A DNA stretch of 63,796 nucleotides, filler included, from Pseudogymnoascus verrucosus (lineage: Eukaryota): the NCBI GenBank assembly GCA_001662655.1. It is 3 parts of 3 records of this genome, joined end to end, with 100 filler letters (N's around TTAATTAATTAA, not from the genome) between each part and the next. Parts side by side here need not be neighbours in the genome. Positions count along the whole stretch, not along the records: positions 23,381 to 44,288 come from KV460298.1; positions 44,389 to 63,796 come from KV460299.1; 1 more part is not named here. The stretch is one strand, 5' to 3'. This document shows positions 39,531 through 50,364 of the stretch, in pieces. The translations under genes and the position numbers were made by a program. The notes below the pieces were generated by a model. It was not told where the DNA came from and ran no database searches. It worked only from the letters and a program-made list of their open reading frames with translations. The number at the start of each line of letters is the position of its first letter. Position 1 is the first letter of the stretch.

Positions 39531-41846
39531 TCATTCATCGTAAATTTTCAATCCCAGTGTTGTCTTTAACCACAGCCAACGTTCCACACTGATGCTCGCG
39601 GCCTTTACTGTTGAAATGGCACCACCATGTCCAAGATTCTCGCAGATTCGAAGGTAGATTGCGGAATTCCCCTCAAGCTTTCTTTGCACATGCTGTAGGG
39701 TGGCGACCATCTTGCAGCTATTGCTGTACCTCACCAGGTCGTCTTGATCACCGGCGGTGAATAGCGCTGGTGGGTATTGATGACCCACTCGCGCGTTCTC
39801 CAAAGGACTCCATTTGAAGATTGCAGCGAACTCATTAGGAACCTTCTCATCACCGATATCTTCTAATCCCCTCATACCCAACCCTGACTTTCCCCGATGT
39901 AGGACGTCAAACGGCCCGGCGTTCAAAATGGCCGCTGACACAAGGTCGGGATGCTGAACGACTGCGCTCATGGAATTCAGAGCGCCCATACTTTCGCCCA
40001 TGAGGACAGGCTTCCTCTTTACACCCAGTGTATCCGTCAGATACTTCAGCGCGCCATGGATATCGTCCAGAACTCTTTGCCGCCTTTCTTTACAAGCTGC
40101 CAAGTACCAGGATCGGCCATATTCGCCACCGCCTCGAATATTCGCAAAGGCCACAATTCCTCGAAAGGCCTTGATAAAGACCAAGAAGTCGGGACGAAAA
40201 TGGGGAATTACTGAGATACCAAAGCCGCCGTACACGTAAAGCAGGACTGGTGTATCTGCCGAGATCGGATGGAGGTCATCCGAGACCAGAAACATGGGGA
40301 TTTTGGTACCATCTGCTGAGGAATAGAAGACTTGCTTGTTAGACACACCAGAAGCATCGGAATTAAGCTCTGGATATAACTTAACCGGCCGGGTTACAAC
40401 GGAATGGGCGCGGGATATACCAAGCCCTTTTCCGTCGATATGCCATAGAGATAATGGCCGGGAAAAAGATGATTCAATGATGAAAATGTCTTGGCTCGCA
40501 GAATCGTAACCCACATGGAAGACCGTGTCAATCGGAGAGTCCATCGCTGTAACTTTCCCGTCCGCAATAGACAGGAGCTGGAGCCTATCACGAACATCTA
40601 CCGAACGAATAAGAAGAATACGGTCATCTCCAATCTTCGGCTCGAAAGTCAGAATCAATAATTAAAGACGCAATCCTGGTGTAAAATTTCACATACCGCT
40701 TGAGCCAATTTTAAAGTCTGAGCATCAATGCCCTCGACAAGCAACACGTGTGATGGTGAAATGCTACCGAGTGACAAGCCGACAATTTCGCCGTTATTCC
40801 TGTCTGTGTAGAAGACATAAAGTTGTTGTCCCTCTCGTGAAATTCGTCCGATATATCTGTTGAAGAACTATCAGACAAGTAAAATCAGACTTTGCTATCT
40901 TATTTCATCTTACTCACTCCCATTTATAATCGAAATTATCGCACACTTCAGTATTGAAGTCAAGCTTGGGCTGATCACCGAGATTGCTTATTCGGGCAGC
41001 TCGAATTTGGCATGTCTGTCCAGCGCTGTATATGCTCAAGAACGCAAATCTCTCATCGTCGGAAACTTGCAACCAGAAGCAATAACCTGGATGGGCATTG
41101 TCCTCATGTATGACCCTATCATCTGCCTGAGATGTTCCAAGAGCATGATATCGTAGCTGGGGTCTTGCGTTATGTTCGGCACACGACTGCCAGAATTGAT
41201 AAAAGAAGCCAAGATCCCCCCACCAGGATATTGGTTTAGTGATGTTGTTGAATTTGGTATCGCAGATCTCATCTGGAAACACTCGACCTGTTTCGATTTC
41301 CTTTACACGAATCACTCCCCAGTCGGAACCTTTGACGCTAGTAGAGTATGCCCAGTATTTGCCGCCTTTGCTGACGCCAGACGAGAGTAGAGTGCCACCT
41401 TCATCACTCTCGTCATGAAACACCTGGGGTGGCTTGTGTGGAGAAAAACTGTTGTTGGTTGAACCTGGGAACTGTAGAAATGTCTGCAGGTCTTGCTTCC
41501 ATATCTTAACAGTGACGGGAAATGCACGACCACAACCAGACACTCGTAGCAGATAATACTTCCCAGCGGACTGAGGGGCCTGGTTGACTACCTCTCCCTG
41601 TACTAGCGACTGAAGAAGAGTCATGAAACTGTTCTTGGCTGATGAGCCTGAGGTGTCGGTGGAGAGGTAGCGATCCAAGGCTGCATTCTGGGCGGCAACA
41701 AATTCGCGAGTTTCATCACTACTGATGTCTTCTAGCCAGTCATACGGATTGGGAACCCGAACCTGGGATATAGAATCAGAGTCTGCAGTAGTACTGCTGA
41801 ATGATTCGACAGTTTGTGACCTTCGGGCGGGCAGATACTCGAACAT
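39531..41846 (-). CDS. Prolyl oligopeptidase-like serine peptidase (S9A family)
   Basis: Exons 41846-40918, 40856-40697 and 40634-39531. Motifs VPNPYDWLED, SVKGSDW, SADGTKIPMF, LYVYGGFG and ANIRGGGEYG; catalytic GESMG / GDQDD / GHGG. Confidence 0.9.
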
Positions 41847-42011
41847 GATGGCGACTTGGCTTATTTTTCAACTCTTGATTTATGATGCCGTAGTCAAGGG
41901 GAACACCAGCATAGATAGTTGTTTTTGAAAAGTTTAGTAGCCATTTAACTGCATTAGTTTAATCGGTGTTTCTCCGTGTCGGCTCGGCATAGACGGCATT
42001 ACCTGTCGGCG

Positions 42012-42035
42012 ACCGGTGTAAGGACCGGCGGCCGG
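42012..42035. promoter_or_regulatory. Shared CCGG-rich promoter motif, copy 2 (peptidase promoter)
   Basis: The reverse complement reads CCGGCCGCCGGTC-cttaca-CCGGT, 166-189 bp upstream of the ATG at 41846. Confidence 0.6.
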
Positions 42036-42503
42036 TAGACAGAAAATTTTATATGGAATCATGCTCTGCCCACAACACACCGTTGCTGGTGCATGGTCAA
42101 CCGGGTACATGTGCAATCCCCATGCAGTATGATGCCAACGCCTAATGGGCGGGCTATTACACAGCTTTTATATAGCCATCTCTAGCGGCATTGCGAAGCA
42201 CATGAATTGCGATAGCATGAGCAGTGACTAGATTATATTAATACGATTAAATCTAGCTAACTGTTTCGGCTCTGTATGTAAAGGCCAGCCTCATTTCTAC
42301 AACCGTATGTTTGTGGAATGTCTAGTCTATATTTTGAACTGAATGTGAGTGGCAAGGGATAGAATTTAGTCATGAATAGACTAGGAATGTTGATTTATTG
42401 AATTGTAGTGGTCCTATGGCGTTATACTGCCTGCTTGTGCAGAACCAGAGGAAATCGTACCACACCAAAATTGATGATAAGGAACAAGATAATCTGCAGC
42501 TAC

Positions 42504-44280
42504 TTAACGAGCATACTGGAATGCAGGATTCTCCCGGTCTGTCATGTCCATAAACGCAATCATTGGATCAGCAGCTAATTCAGGGTGTTCCATCAATATT
42601 GTTGCCTTTTTCGCATTGCAAGAGGTATAGTAAAACCTGGTTTTAACATGCATTAGTAATTATAAAGTATTAGAAACCGGTGGTAAAGCAGTTTGATAAG
42701 GATTCCTTCATCGACCAAGCAGATGATTGAGGAGGCATGTTAAGATGTTGGAGGATAAGGACACGTATACATACCAAAGGATAATATATGCCAAAATGGA
42801 GGCACAGAAGAGACTCAGTGTCGCAATTTGACCGTCGGGATAACCCTGCGCAGTCTGGCTTCCTTTGTACGCCCATGGTCCGCTAAACCCACCAAGAGCG
42901 CCCATGATGGTGATGGTACCCATAACAATCGTCTTTTTGGAGTGTCCTCCTATATTGGCTGCGAGGAGAGAGTAGTGCTGAACGAGGGAGCCGTAGAACG
43001 TGGTGGACTGTTAGGGTGTTTAGAAAGACGGCACAGAACAAACGCGGGTGGGATTAGAAGAGAGACTTACAATGTAGAGTCCTCCGAGGAGTGCCGCTTT
43101 ATTGTCTCGGCTCGTCTTCCACAGCATGATGTTTCCCATCAATGAAGGTAAGATGAACGCTATGGCAATAATGATTCGATGACGTGGGAAGCGACTGCCA
43201 AGAATCCTGCAAATGTCAATGGCAATTCCAATATCGACATAGAAACAGGGAGGCTTTATTTGATGTCGTGCGTTTTCTTTCGCCTTGGATAAAGGACTTA
43301 CCCTGAGAGCACAAGGCAAACCACCGCTATGCCGGATGCAGGCATGGAGAGCAACAGAGCGCGAGTCTGCGAATACCCGAAGGAGGTTATAAGGAACCCG
43401 CCAAAACTGCAGAAGACAAATAAGTTTGGTTTCCTTCAAAATCGAGAGTAATATGATAGCATCATGTACCTGGAAATTGCCACGTTGCAGAAGGCAAATG
43501 TAAAGCAGAATATGCATAAGGCATAAACTTGAGGGTCGAGGAAGGCAGACAATGCCTGATGCAGCTTGAACTTTCGAGTATGAATGCCAGTGTTGTTGCT
43601 CATAACACGGCGCACGGCGATGTGTCTTTCCCGAGGTGTGAGGAACCATGCCTTCATCGGGGTTGCGGGCAGCAGGACCATGATAACCATGCCGGCCAAG
43701 AGCGCACAGGACCCCAGAATCACATAAATCCACTTCCATCGACTAGTAGCGAAGACTCCACCAAGCTTCACCGCACCAAAATCAACTCCAATGCCAACAA
43801 GAGAACCCACGGCATTGCCGGCGATTGTAATTCCTATTCGCAAAGGCTGTTCATTGGTTTTCCACCTAATTGTTATATGTGAGAACGTGTCGCACATGAA
43901 AAACGTAACATGAATTGAAAAGGGGGGGTTGGAGTCATTACCACATAACCGTTATAATGACGCTCAAAGGTTGTAGTATTTGACTAAACCCGTAAAAGAA
44001 CCTATATCATGGTTTAGTACTTGGTGCGGATTCCATGTGATGAGGTGTCATGTTATTGCCGATTGGGACATACCTCAGGGCCATTATCTGTTCAAAGTTT
44101 TGACAAACAATGGTCAAGATAGCCGTAAGGCCAATGTAAACCATCATAGCGCCGTACACGATACCTGCTGGTAGGAGCTGGGCCGGAAAGAGAAGCAGAT
44201 ATTGTGCCTATAGCTCGTTAGGCGAGTAGTCAGCGTCTCCTCCATTATCAAGAGATGCTTTCGCATACTCACAGCTGCTT
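42504..44280 (-). CDS. MFS transporter, allantoate permease (Dal5/ACS) family, multi-exon, 5' end lost in a gap
   Basis: Segments WKTNEQPLRIG, WKWIYVILG, AWFLTPRERHIAVRR and GPWAYKGSQTAQGY; C-terminus AFMDMTDRENPAFQYAR*. Exon boundaries are not fully resolved. Confidence 0.82.
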
Positions 44281-44288
44281 TTTTTTTT

Positions 44289-44388
44289 NNNNNNNNNNNN
44301 NNNNNNNNNNNNNNNNNNNNNNNNNNNNNNNNTTAATTAATTAANNNNNNNNNNNNNNNNNNNNNNNNNNNNNNNNNNNNNNNNNNNN
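44289..44388. other. Scaffold gap with an artificial TTAATTAATTAA linker
   Basis: N-run with the central linker, as at 23281. Confidence 0.95.
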
Positions 44389-44422
44389 TACCTAAGAGGT
44401 AAGTTAGGTATTTAAGGTTAAG

Positions 44423-44497
44423 GTTGTTAAGTTTGTAGTTGTTAAGTTTGTAGTTGTTAAGTTTGTAGTTGTTAAGTTTGTAGTTGTTAAGTTTGTA
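44423..44497. repeat. Tandem repeat, 5 x 15 bp GTTGTTAAGTTTGTA
   Basis: Five perfect copies are visible directly. Confidence 0.9.
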
Positions 44498-44507
44498 GCT
44501 AGCTTTA

Positions 44508-44974
44508 ACGTAAGTCGTGGTCAGACCGGCTACATGGCCAGACCGGCTATTGGTACCATCACATACAAATTTGTATGCAGAAGTACTTATGCTTGCGAAA
44601 AATTAGAACTATAATAACTCTATTAATAAAAATGCTAGAGCAAATCCCTTTTGTATATAGAAACTTTAAGTACGTATCTACTATATATAAAAAGGGTAAT
44701 ATTACTAGTATCTTTTTACATAAGTTAATAACAGTTTTAAGTTTTACTATATAAATATTTGTATAGTAAAAATATAAGCCTTAATATCTCTTGTAAAACA
44801 AAGCTAGTACTACTAGTGTTTATATACATGTTAGATTATTATATGAAAAAACATAATTTAAGAGGATTAAGCTTTATATACACTATTACAAAAGTTATTA
44901 TGGTTTTAATTTTGGTTTAGTGACCTTGGTTTTGGTGGGGTGAGCTAAGTAGCCGGTCTGACCACGACTTACGT
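44508..44974. mobile_element. Tc1/mariner (pogo/Fot1-like) MITE
   Basis: 26-bp TIR ACGTAAGTCGTGGTCAGACCGGCTAC, TA on both flanks and a RIP-type AT-rich interior. Confidence 0.88.
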
Positions 44975-45342
44975 TAGTAAACGCAACACCTATTTGTACA
45001 CACTTCATTAGCTACCTCTCTTAAAATCCAGTAGCTAGGAGCATAGCTACTACTTATAAGCTCTTTTATCCACTTTAAAAGTATCTTTTCTTGGTTTTTT
45101 AAAAGGAGTTGTTATTGTTAACGCGCTTCTGTTCGCGTTGGTATACCCTATATGCGTCTCTGCATAGTATTAGATCTTAGGTTCAAAGCAATAGCTATAG
45201 CTTGAGCAGATTTGTATTTTCTAGTTTGAATTCCTAGAACTGCTTCAGAAAGTCGTAAATCAAGCTCTTAAGCCTGTTTATTCCTCCGTCTAACCATTCT
45301 ACTAGTATAAGCATTGTTAAGTAGTTTGGTGGTTCTATCCTG

Positions 45343-45405
45343 GATTTTGGTGGGGTTTTTAGAATCGCCGCTTACGCCATGTCGCTGCTTACGCCACGAC
45401 TTACG
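45343..45405. mobile_element. Isolated right TIR related to the MITE at 62675-63145
   Basis: GATTTTGGTGGGG...TCGCCGCTTACGCCATGTCGCTGCTTACGCCACGACTTACGT followed by TA. Confidence 0.7.
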
Positions 45406-47270
45406 TTAACCTAAGACTACTATAAGAGTAGGCGTTTTACTTCTACATAGTTTAATGGTTTTAATAATGAATGTATAAAATGCATTTCTAAGTACCTATT
45501 TATTATCTATTTATAAAGTTTAGATGGTTAGAATAAATCTAGTCTATATAAGTTATATAAAGTCATTATAAGTATTAATTAAGGTTTACTCTTTCTTATT
45601 ATTTAATATCTATATATAATTTATTCTAAAGGCATTATAGCTTATATAGAAGATATACCTTCTTATATAATATAGTTAATTAAGTTATTAGAATCTATAA
45701 GATTATCTATTATACTATATAAGTTAATAAGTTCTATAATTTTTATTAATCTCTTTATTTATATAATAAAGCTACTTCCTAGGGTTAGAGCTACTAAATT
45801 TAGTAGGGTGTAGTTACTGCTTTACACACCTACTACCTCACCCTAAATCTTTAAATCTATAGGCACGTAATTACGCCTACATTATTATAGACCCCTTAAG
45901 GTCCCTATTCTACTTCCTATGTCTTACTTTCTACTTTCTATTTCTCTCTCTTCTACTTGTCCCAAGGTATATTATTATATAGGGGGACTACTAATCTACT
46001 AATCTTAAGGTTATATATAGTAGAGTAGACAAGATGTAAAGTTTTCTTAAGTCTATAGTTAACATAACAGTTACTTATATAAACATCATTAAGACTTGTA
46101 TATAGTAGAGGGTATAGAATATGTCATTCTTATTTACACTAAGGTTACTCCTATGCTAGGTAGGTAACTTTTTCTATTTTTAGGATTCTAGCTATTAGTG
46201 TTTTATATATGTTTCTAGCCTAATTAGGCTAACTACTAACTAGGCTAGTTAGCTAATAGGTCTAGTTGTTTATATTAGATTTAAGGTGTAGCTTTAGCCT
46301 TATAGTATATAACACACCTAAAGTTATAAGGGATAGAGGAACTATATATATTTTAATTCCCTAAAGATATAGTACTTAAATGCTACACTTTATTTCCTTA
46401 TATATATATACTATATAAAATTCAATGTAAAATTAATATAATGTCTTTGTATATATAGGATCCCTATAGTATCCTAAACATTATTAACTATAATAGCAAC
46501 TTAGCAACTTATGTTAGTAAAATGAAATTTAACAAATGATGCTATTAGGACATTTCTAACATAAACATTTAAGAGATTTATATAATTCTAAATAAAAGGG
46601 AAATAAAGCGCCTAAAGTATACTAAGAATTATCTTAGAAAACTTATAAAGCTAAGTCTTTATAACAACTATTATTAAGGTTAAGCTAGTTAAGTTATAGA
46701 GGTGTAGGAAGACATAATTAATAATGCTAAGGTAAACTTAGCTAATAACTCTTAAACTATTAACAACCTAAAGTTAAAGCTTTAAGAAAGAAAGAACAAA
46801 ATTATATAATAATTAAAAAATCTAGAATTAGCTGCTAAGAACAAGGATGCCTTATATAATAAGGTAGCATAATAACAATCTTAGCTTACTTATTAAAGGA
46901 GAGACCTTAACTAGGCTATATAAAAACTAGAAGGGTCCCTTATTAGAATAGAGAAGCTAGTGTAGAGGAATTAATTATATATAAAAAGTCTAATAATCTA
47001 GAGTATAATCTTATCTAAGTAGTAGTAAGGTAAGCGTTACTATTATAAAAAGTAGTATCCTTATAGTAACATTATGTAAATAAGCTAGGAAACACTATAT
47101 ATCTATATAGTAAGTGTAATAATTTAAAGGTAGAGCTTTCTAATACTTAAAATTCAATCTTATAGGCCTAGCTTAACCTTACAAACAGCTATAAAGCTAA
47201 GGATATATAGAAGACTAAGCTTAAAAGCCTCTTAGAATAGTAGGAATAGTAAGAATAGTAATGAAGTTTA

Positions 47271-47479
47271 CTATTCTAACTATTCCCTTTAGGCATAATG
47301 CTACTATATAAGTAGATAGTTCTTAGATAGGAGCTTTGTGCTTAACTTAATATAGTATTTTGTTATATACTATAACGTGTTTTATAAAAGCCTTTATATC
47401 TAATCCCCTACCTTCTCTAATAAGTAAACTAATGTAATAAAACCTCTATAAGTCTTATAGTTTAAGACCTAGTGTTATA
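47271..47479 (+). mobile_element. Truncated, heavily RIPed LTR fragment of the same family as the adjacent retrotransposon
   Basis: Aligns to the 3' half of the LTR (48121-48331) with many C>T/G>A changes, e.g. CTATATAAGTAGATAG...GGAGCTTTGTGCTTAAC...TAGTGTTATA. Confidence 0.85.
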
Positions 47480-47863
47480 CTATAGCTAAGCTATTAGATA
47501 GCTACATTACTACTAAAAAGTAGATTATAAAGCTTAATAACGCCTAAAACAGAATTAAACAAGTTTAACTTAACATTTAAACTCTCTATAATACTAATGT
47601 AGAACTAGAGGTAAATCTTATAGCTACTCTAAGTTTACTTAAGCAAACCTAGCTTAATTCTAAAAACAATCTTAAAACTACTAAGAAATAGTAGGTAGAG
47701 CTTACTAATGTCTAAACAACACTAGACTAGATAGTTATTAAGCTTGTTAATAGCTATAAAAGTAATAAAGAACAGGAGGTAGAGCTTTCTATTATAAAAA
47801 AGATACTCTAGTAAACTAAACTTAATCTTAAAACTGCTTTAGAGTAGAAATAAACTACTAATG

Positions 47864-48331
47864 TGTTACGGCTATGAATTCTACGGGGATCCTAGGGCCA
47901 GTAGGGCACCTAGGACCAGGGGGACTTCTAGGAATAAGTGTTCTAGGAAGTATAGGACTTCTAGGACCAGGGGGTCTAGGAGTGGGGAGAGTCTCGGGAG
48001 CGAGAACACTCCTGGGAATCACGTGGGCCCCGCGGCAATTATGGTTTAGCGCTATTGTCCATGGTTGCGGGATGTCACGTGATGGATAGTTAGATAGTTG
48101 GGATATTCTCATATATCCAACTATCCTGACTATCCTTTGGCACGACGCCACTATATAAGTAGATAGTTAGTTCTTAGATAGGAGCTTCGTGCTCAACTCA
48201 ATATAGTATTTTGTTATATACTGTAACGTGTTTTACGAAAGCCTTTAGTGTCTGATCCCCTGCCTCCTCTGTTAAGTAAACCAACGCAACGAAACCTCTG
48301 TGAGTCTTATAGTTTAAGGCCTAGCGTTACA
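47864..48331 (+). repeat. 5' LTR
   Basis: TGTTACG...CGTTACA; three differences seen from the 3' LTR, all RIP-type. Confidence 0.95.
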
Positions 48332-48378
48332 CTTTGAGCACCCTTCTACGAGGTACCGGCTCATACACCAAAGCAACT

Positions 48379-50364
48379 ATGGCTCCGAATGTTCTGAGCC
48401 CGAGAGGAAGTGTTGTCGGACGACCCGACACACCCACCCCACAGTCGTCTTAGAGACCTACTACTGAGAACGAAGATATGCCTGACGCGCCTGCAACATC
48501 GGAACTCAGGGAGGCCTTACGTGTCAAGCTCCCTAACACCTATTCTGGCAACCGAAAGGAACTTGAAGTATTCCTGCTATAGGTCGAACTGTACCAGTAC
48601 TTCAACGACGACAAGTTCCCTACTAGAGAAAGCTATGCTCTATGGACTTCGTCCTACCTTCGAGGAGAGGCCCTCCGATGGATCGAACCCTTCCTTAAGG
48701 ACTACTTCCGACACGAAAGTACCAACGGAAGCATGGCGGCTACCCAAACCATGTTCGGCAGCTGGAAAGGATTCTGTAAGGAGATCCGACGCATGTTCGG
48801 AGATATCGATGAGATCAAGACTGCAGTGGACCACCTATTTGCGCTTAAGCAGACAGGCAGCACCCTTACATACTCCACGGAATTCTAGAGATACGGCAAT
48901 CAGACAGGATGGGACGCTAGCGCGCTCATCAGCCACTACCGACGTGGGCTAAAGAGCCATGTACGTATGGAACTTGCCCGTTTAGAGCAACAACCAACGG
49001 ACATGGTGACGCTGATTGAGCATACGGTTCGAATCGACAATCGACTATACGAATTCCAGAGGGAACGACGGACCTATGACAAACCCAAGAAAAGCTACCC
49101 CTACCGAGGGAACGAAGGCAGACGACGGGAACAACACCCGCGAGATAACCGTTGGTCAGACCCAATGGAACTCGATGCTACGTTTAAGCCTGGACGACCC
49201 CGTGACCTAAAAAAGGACAAGCAATTCAAGGAACGACTTTGCTTCAACTGCGACAAGCCAGGCCACATGGCCCGAGACTGTAGACAGCCAAAAAAGGGAA
49301 ACGGTGGACGCAAATTCAGCAAACAACTCAACGCTACCTAGCAAGGCCGAGGAGGCTATAACGACCTAGGAATGCAGTTGAACGCCACGTTTGTAAACAA
49401 ACAGGACTGGGGAATCAATGGTGATAGCACCCCAGAAAATGAAAGCTCAGACGAGGAATCAGAGGCGGAATCTCTTACCGTCTCGGAACAAGGAACCTTC
49501 AAAGAGCTCGCACCTACGGAGCTAATGAGTCCGCGGTGCAAGAGCGTAGTACGACGCATGGCAAAACACGCCCACTCGAAAATTAAGGACGAACGAGGCA
49601 AGCCTAGCGCTCCGAGGAGAATCCCCACGCTTAAGGGCATCTACGGAGACCTGTTATAGGGACTCCCGTTAGAATGCAAGGTGGACGACTGCAAGGACGA
49701 CCTCTGGAGATACTACGACATACTGACTAACGAGCTCAGACGGCTCGGCACGTCGGCAGAAATAGAAACCTTCCTAGTTCAGGAAGCAAGGGAATTAGGA
49801 AAAGACGTCGAGCATATGGCTACACTAAAGAACGTGAAGAGCGTTGAACTTTACTACCAGGACAGAAAGAGGGCCCTGAAGAAGTACGGCGAGAAAGCCA
49901 GAGACATGATTTAACGGGAGGACACGAGACCCGCTACACGACTAGAACGGAGAGCCATGGAACAATTAGAGACGTTCACCACGCCTCTGAGGAAAGACAG
50001 TGAATGGGTAAAAGGACAACGGGAATTGGCAAGGGCAGATGCGACAGAGACTGATCATCCCTGGCATGCATATGTCTACTGGGAGTACTGTAGTGAAGAC
50101 GACTGCAAGCTCCACTGGAGAAAGAAGCACCAGCATCAGTTATTCCCTCGATCTTTACCTAAAATACACTTTCGAGATGCAGAACAGGTCCATGCCCTCA
50201 GACGCAGTCAGTCTGAAGGAGAATTACCTATAAAAAATGAACAAGTATACGAGAGATACCCACACTTACTAAGAGAGGCGGCAAGACAAGAAGGACCGCC
50301 CTCATTAGGACCGCCGACGGAGGACGACGAATACTATTCTCCCTCCGACGAGTCAAAAAACTAG
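48379..50364 (+). pseudogene. gag: Retrotransposon gag with RIP-type stop codons
   Basis: One frame from ATG 48379 (KLPNTYSGNRKELEVFL, DPMELDA, knuckle CFNCDKPGHMARDC) interrupted by TAG/TAA. It ends at the A-AAA-AAC slippery site (50355-50361) plus TAG. Confidence 0.88.

Noticed and set aside
39531..44280. RiPP (amatoxin/borosin/dikaritin) cluster around the POP-like gene
   Set aside because: No MSDIN-like, methyltransferase-fused or KR-repeat precursor and no DUF3328 gene is visible. The gap at 44289 leaves some uncertainty.
44423..44497. Telomere-like repeat
   Set aside because: The 15-bp unit is not TTAGGG and lies internally among RIPed debris.
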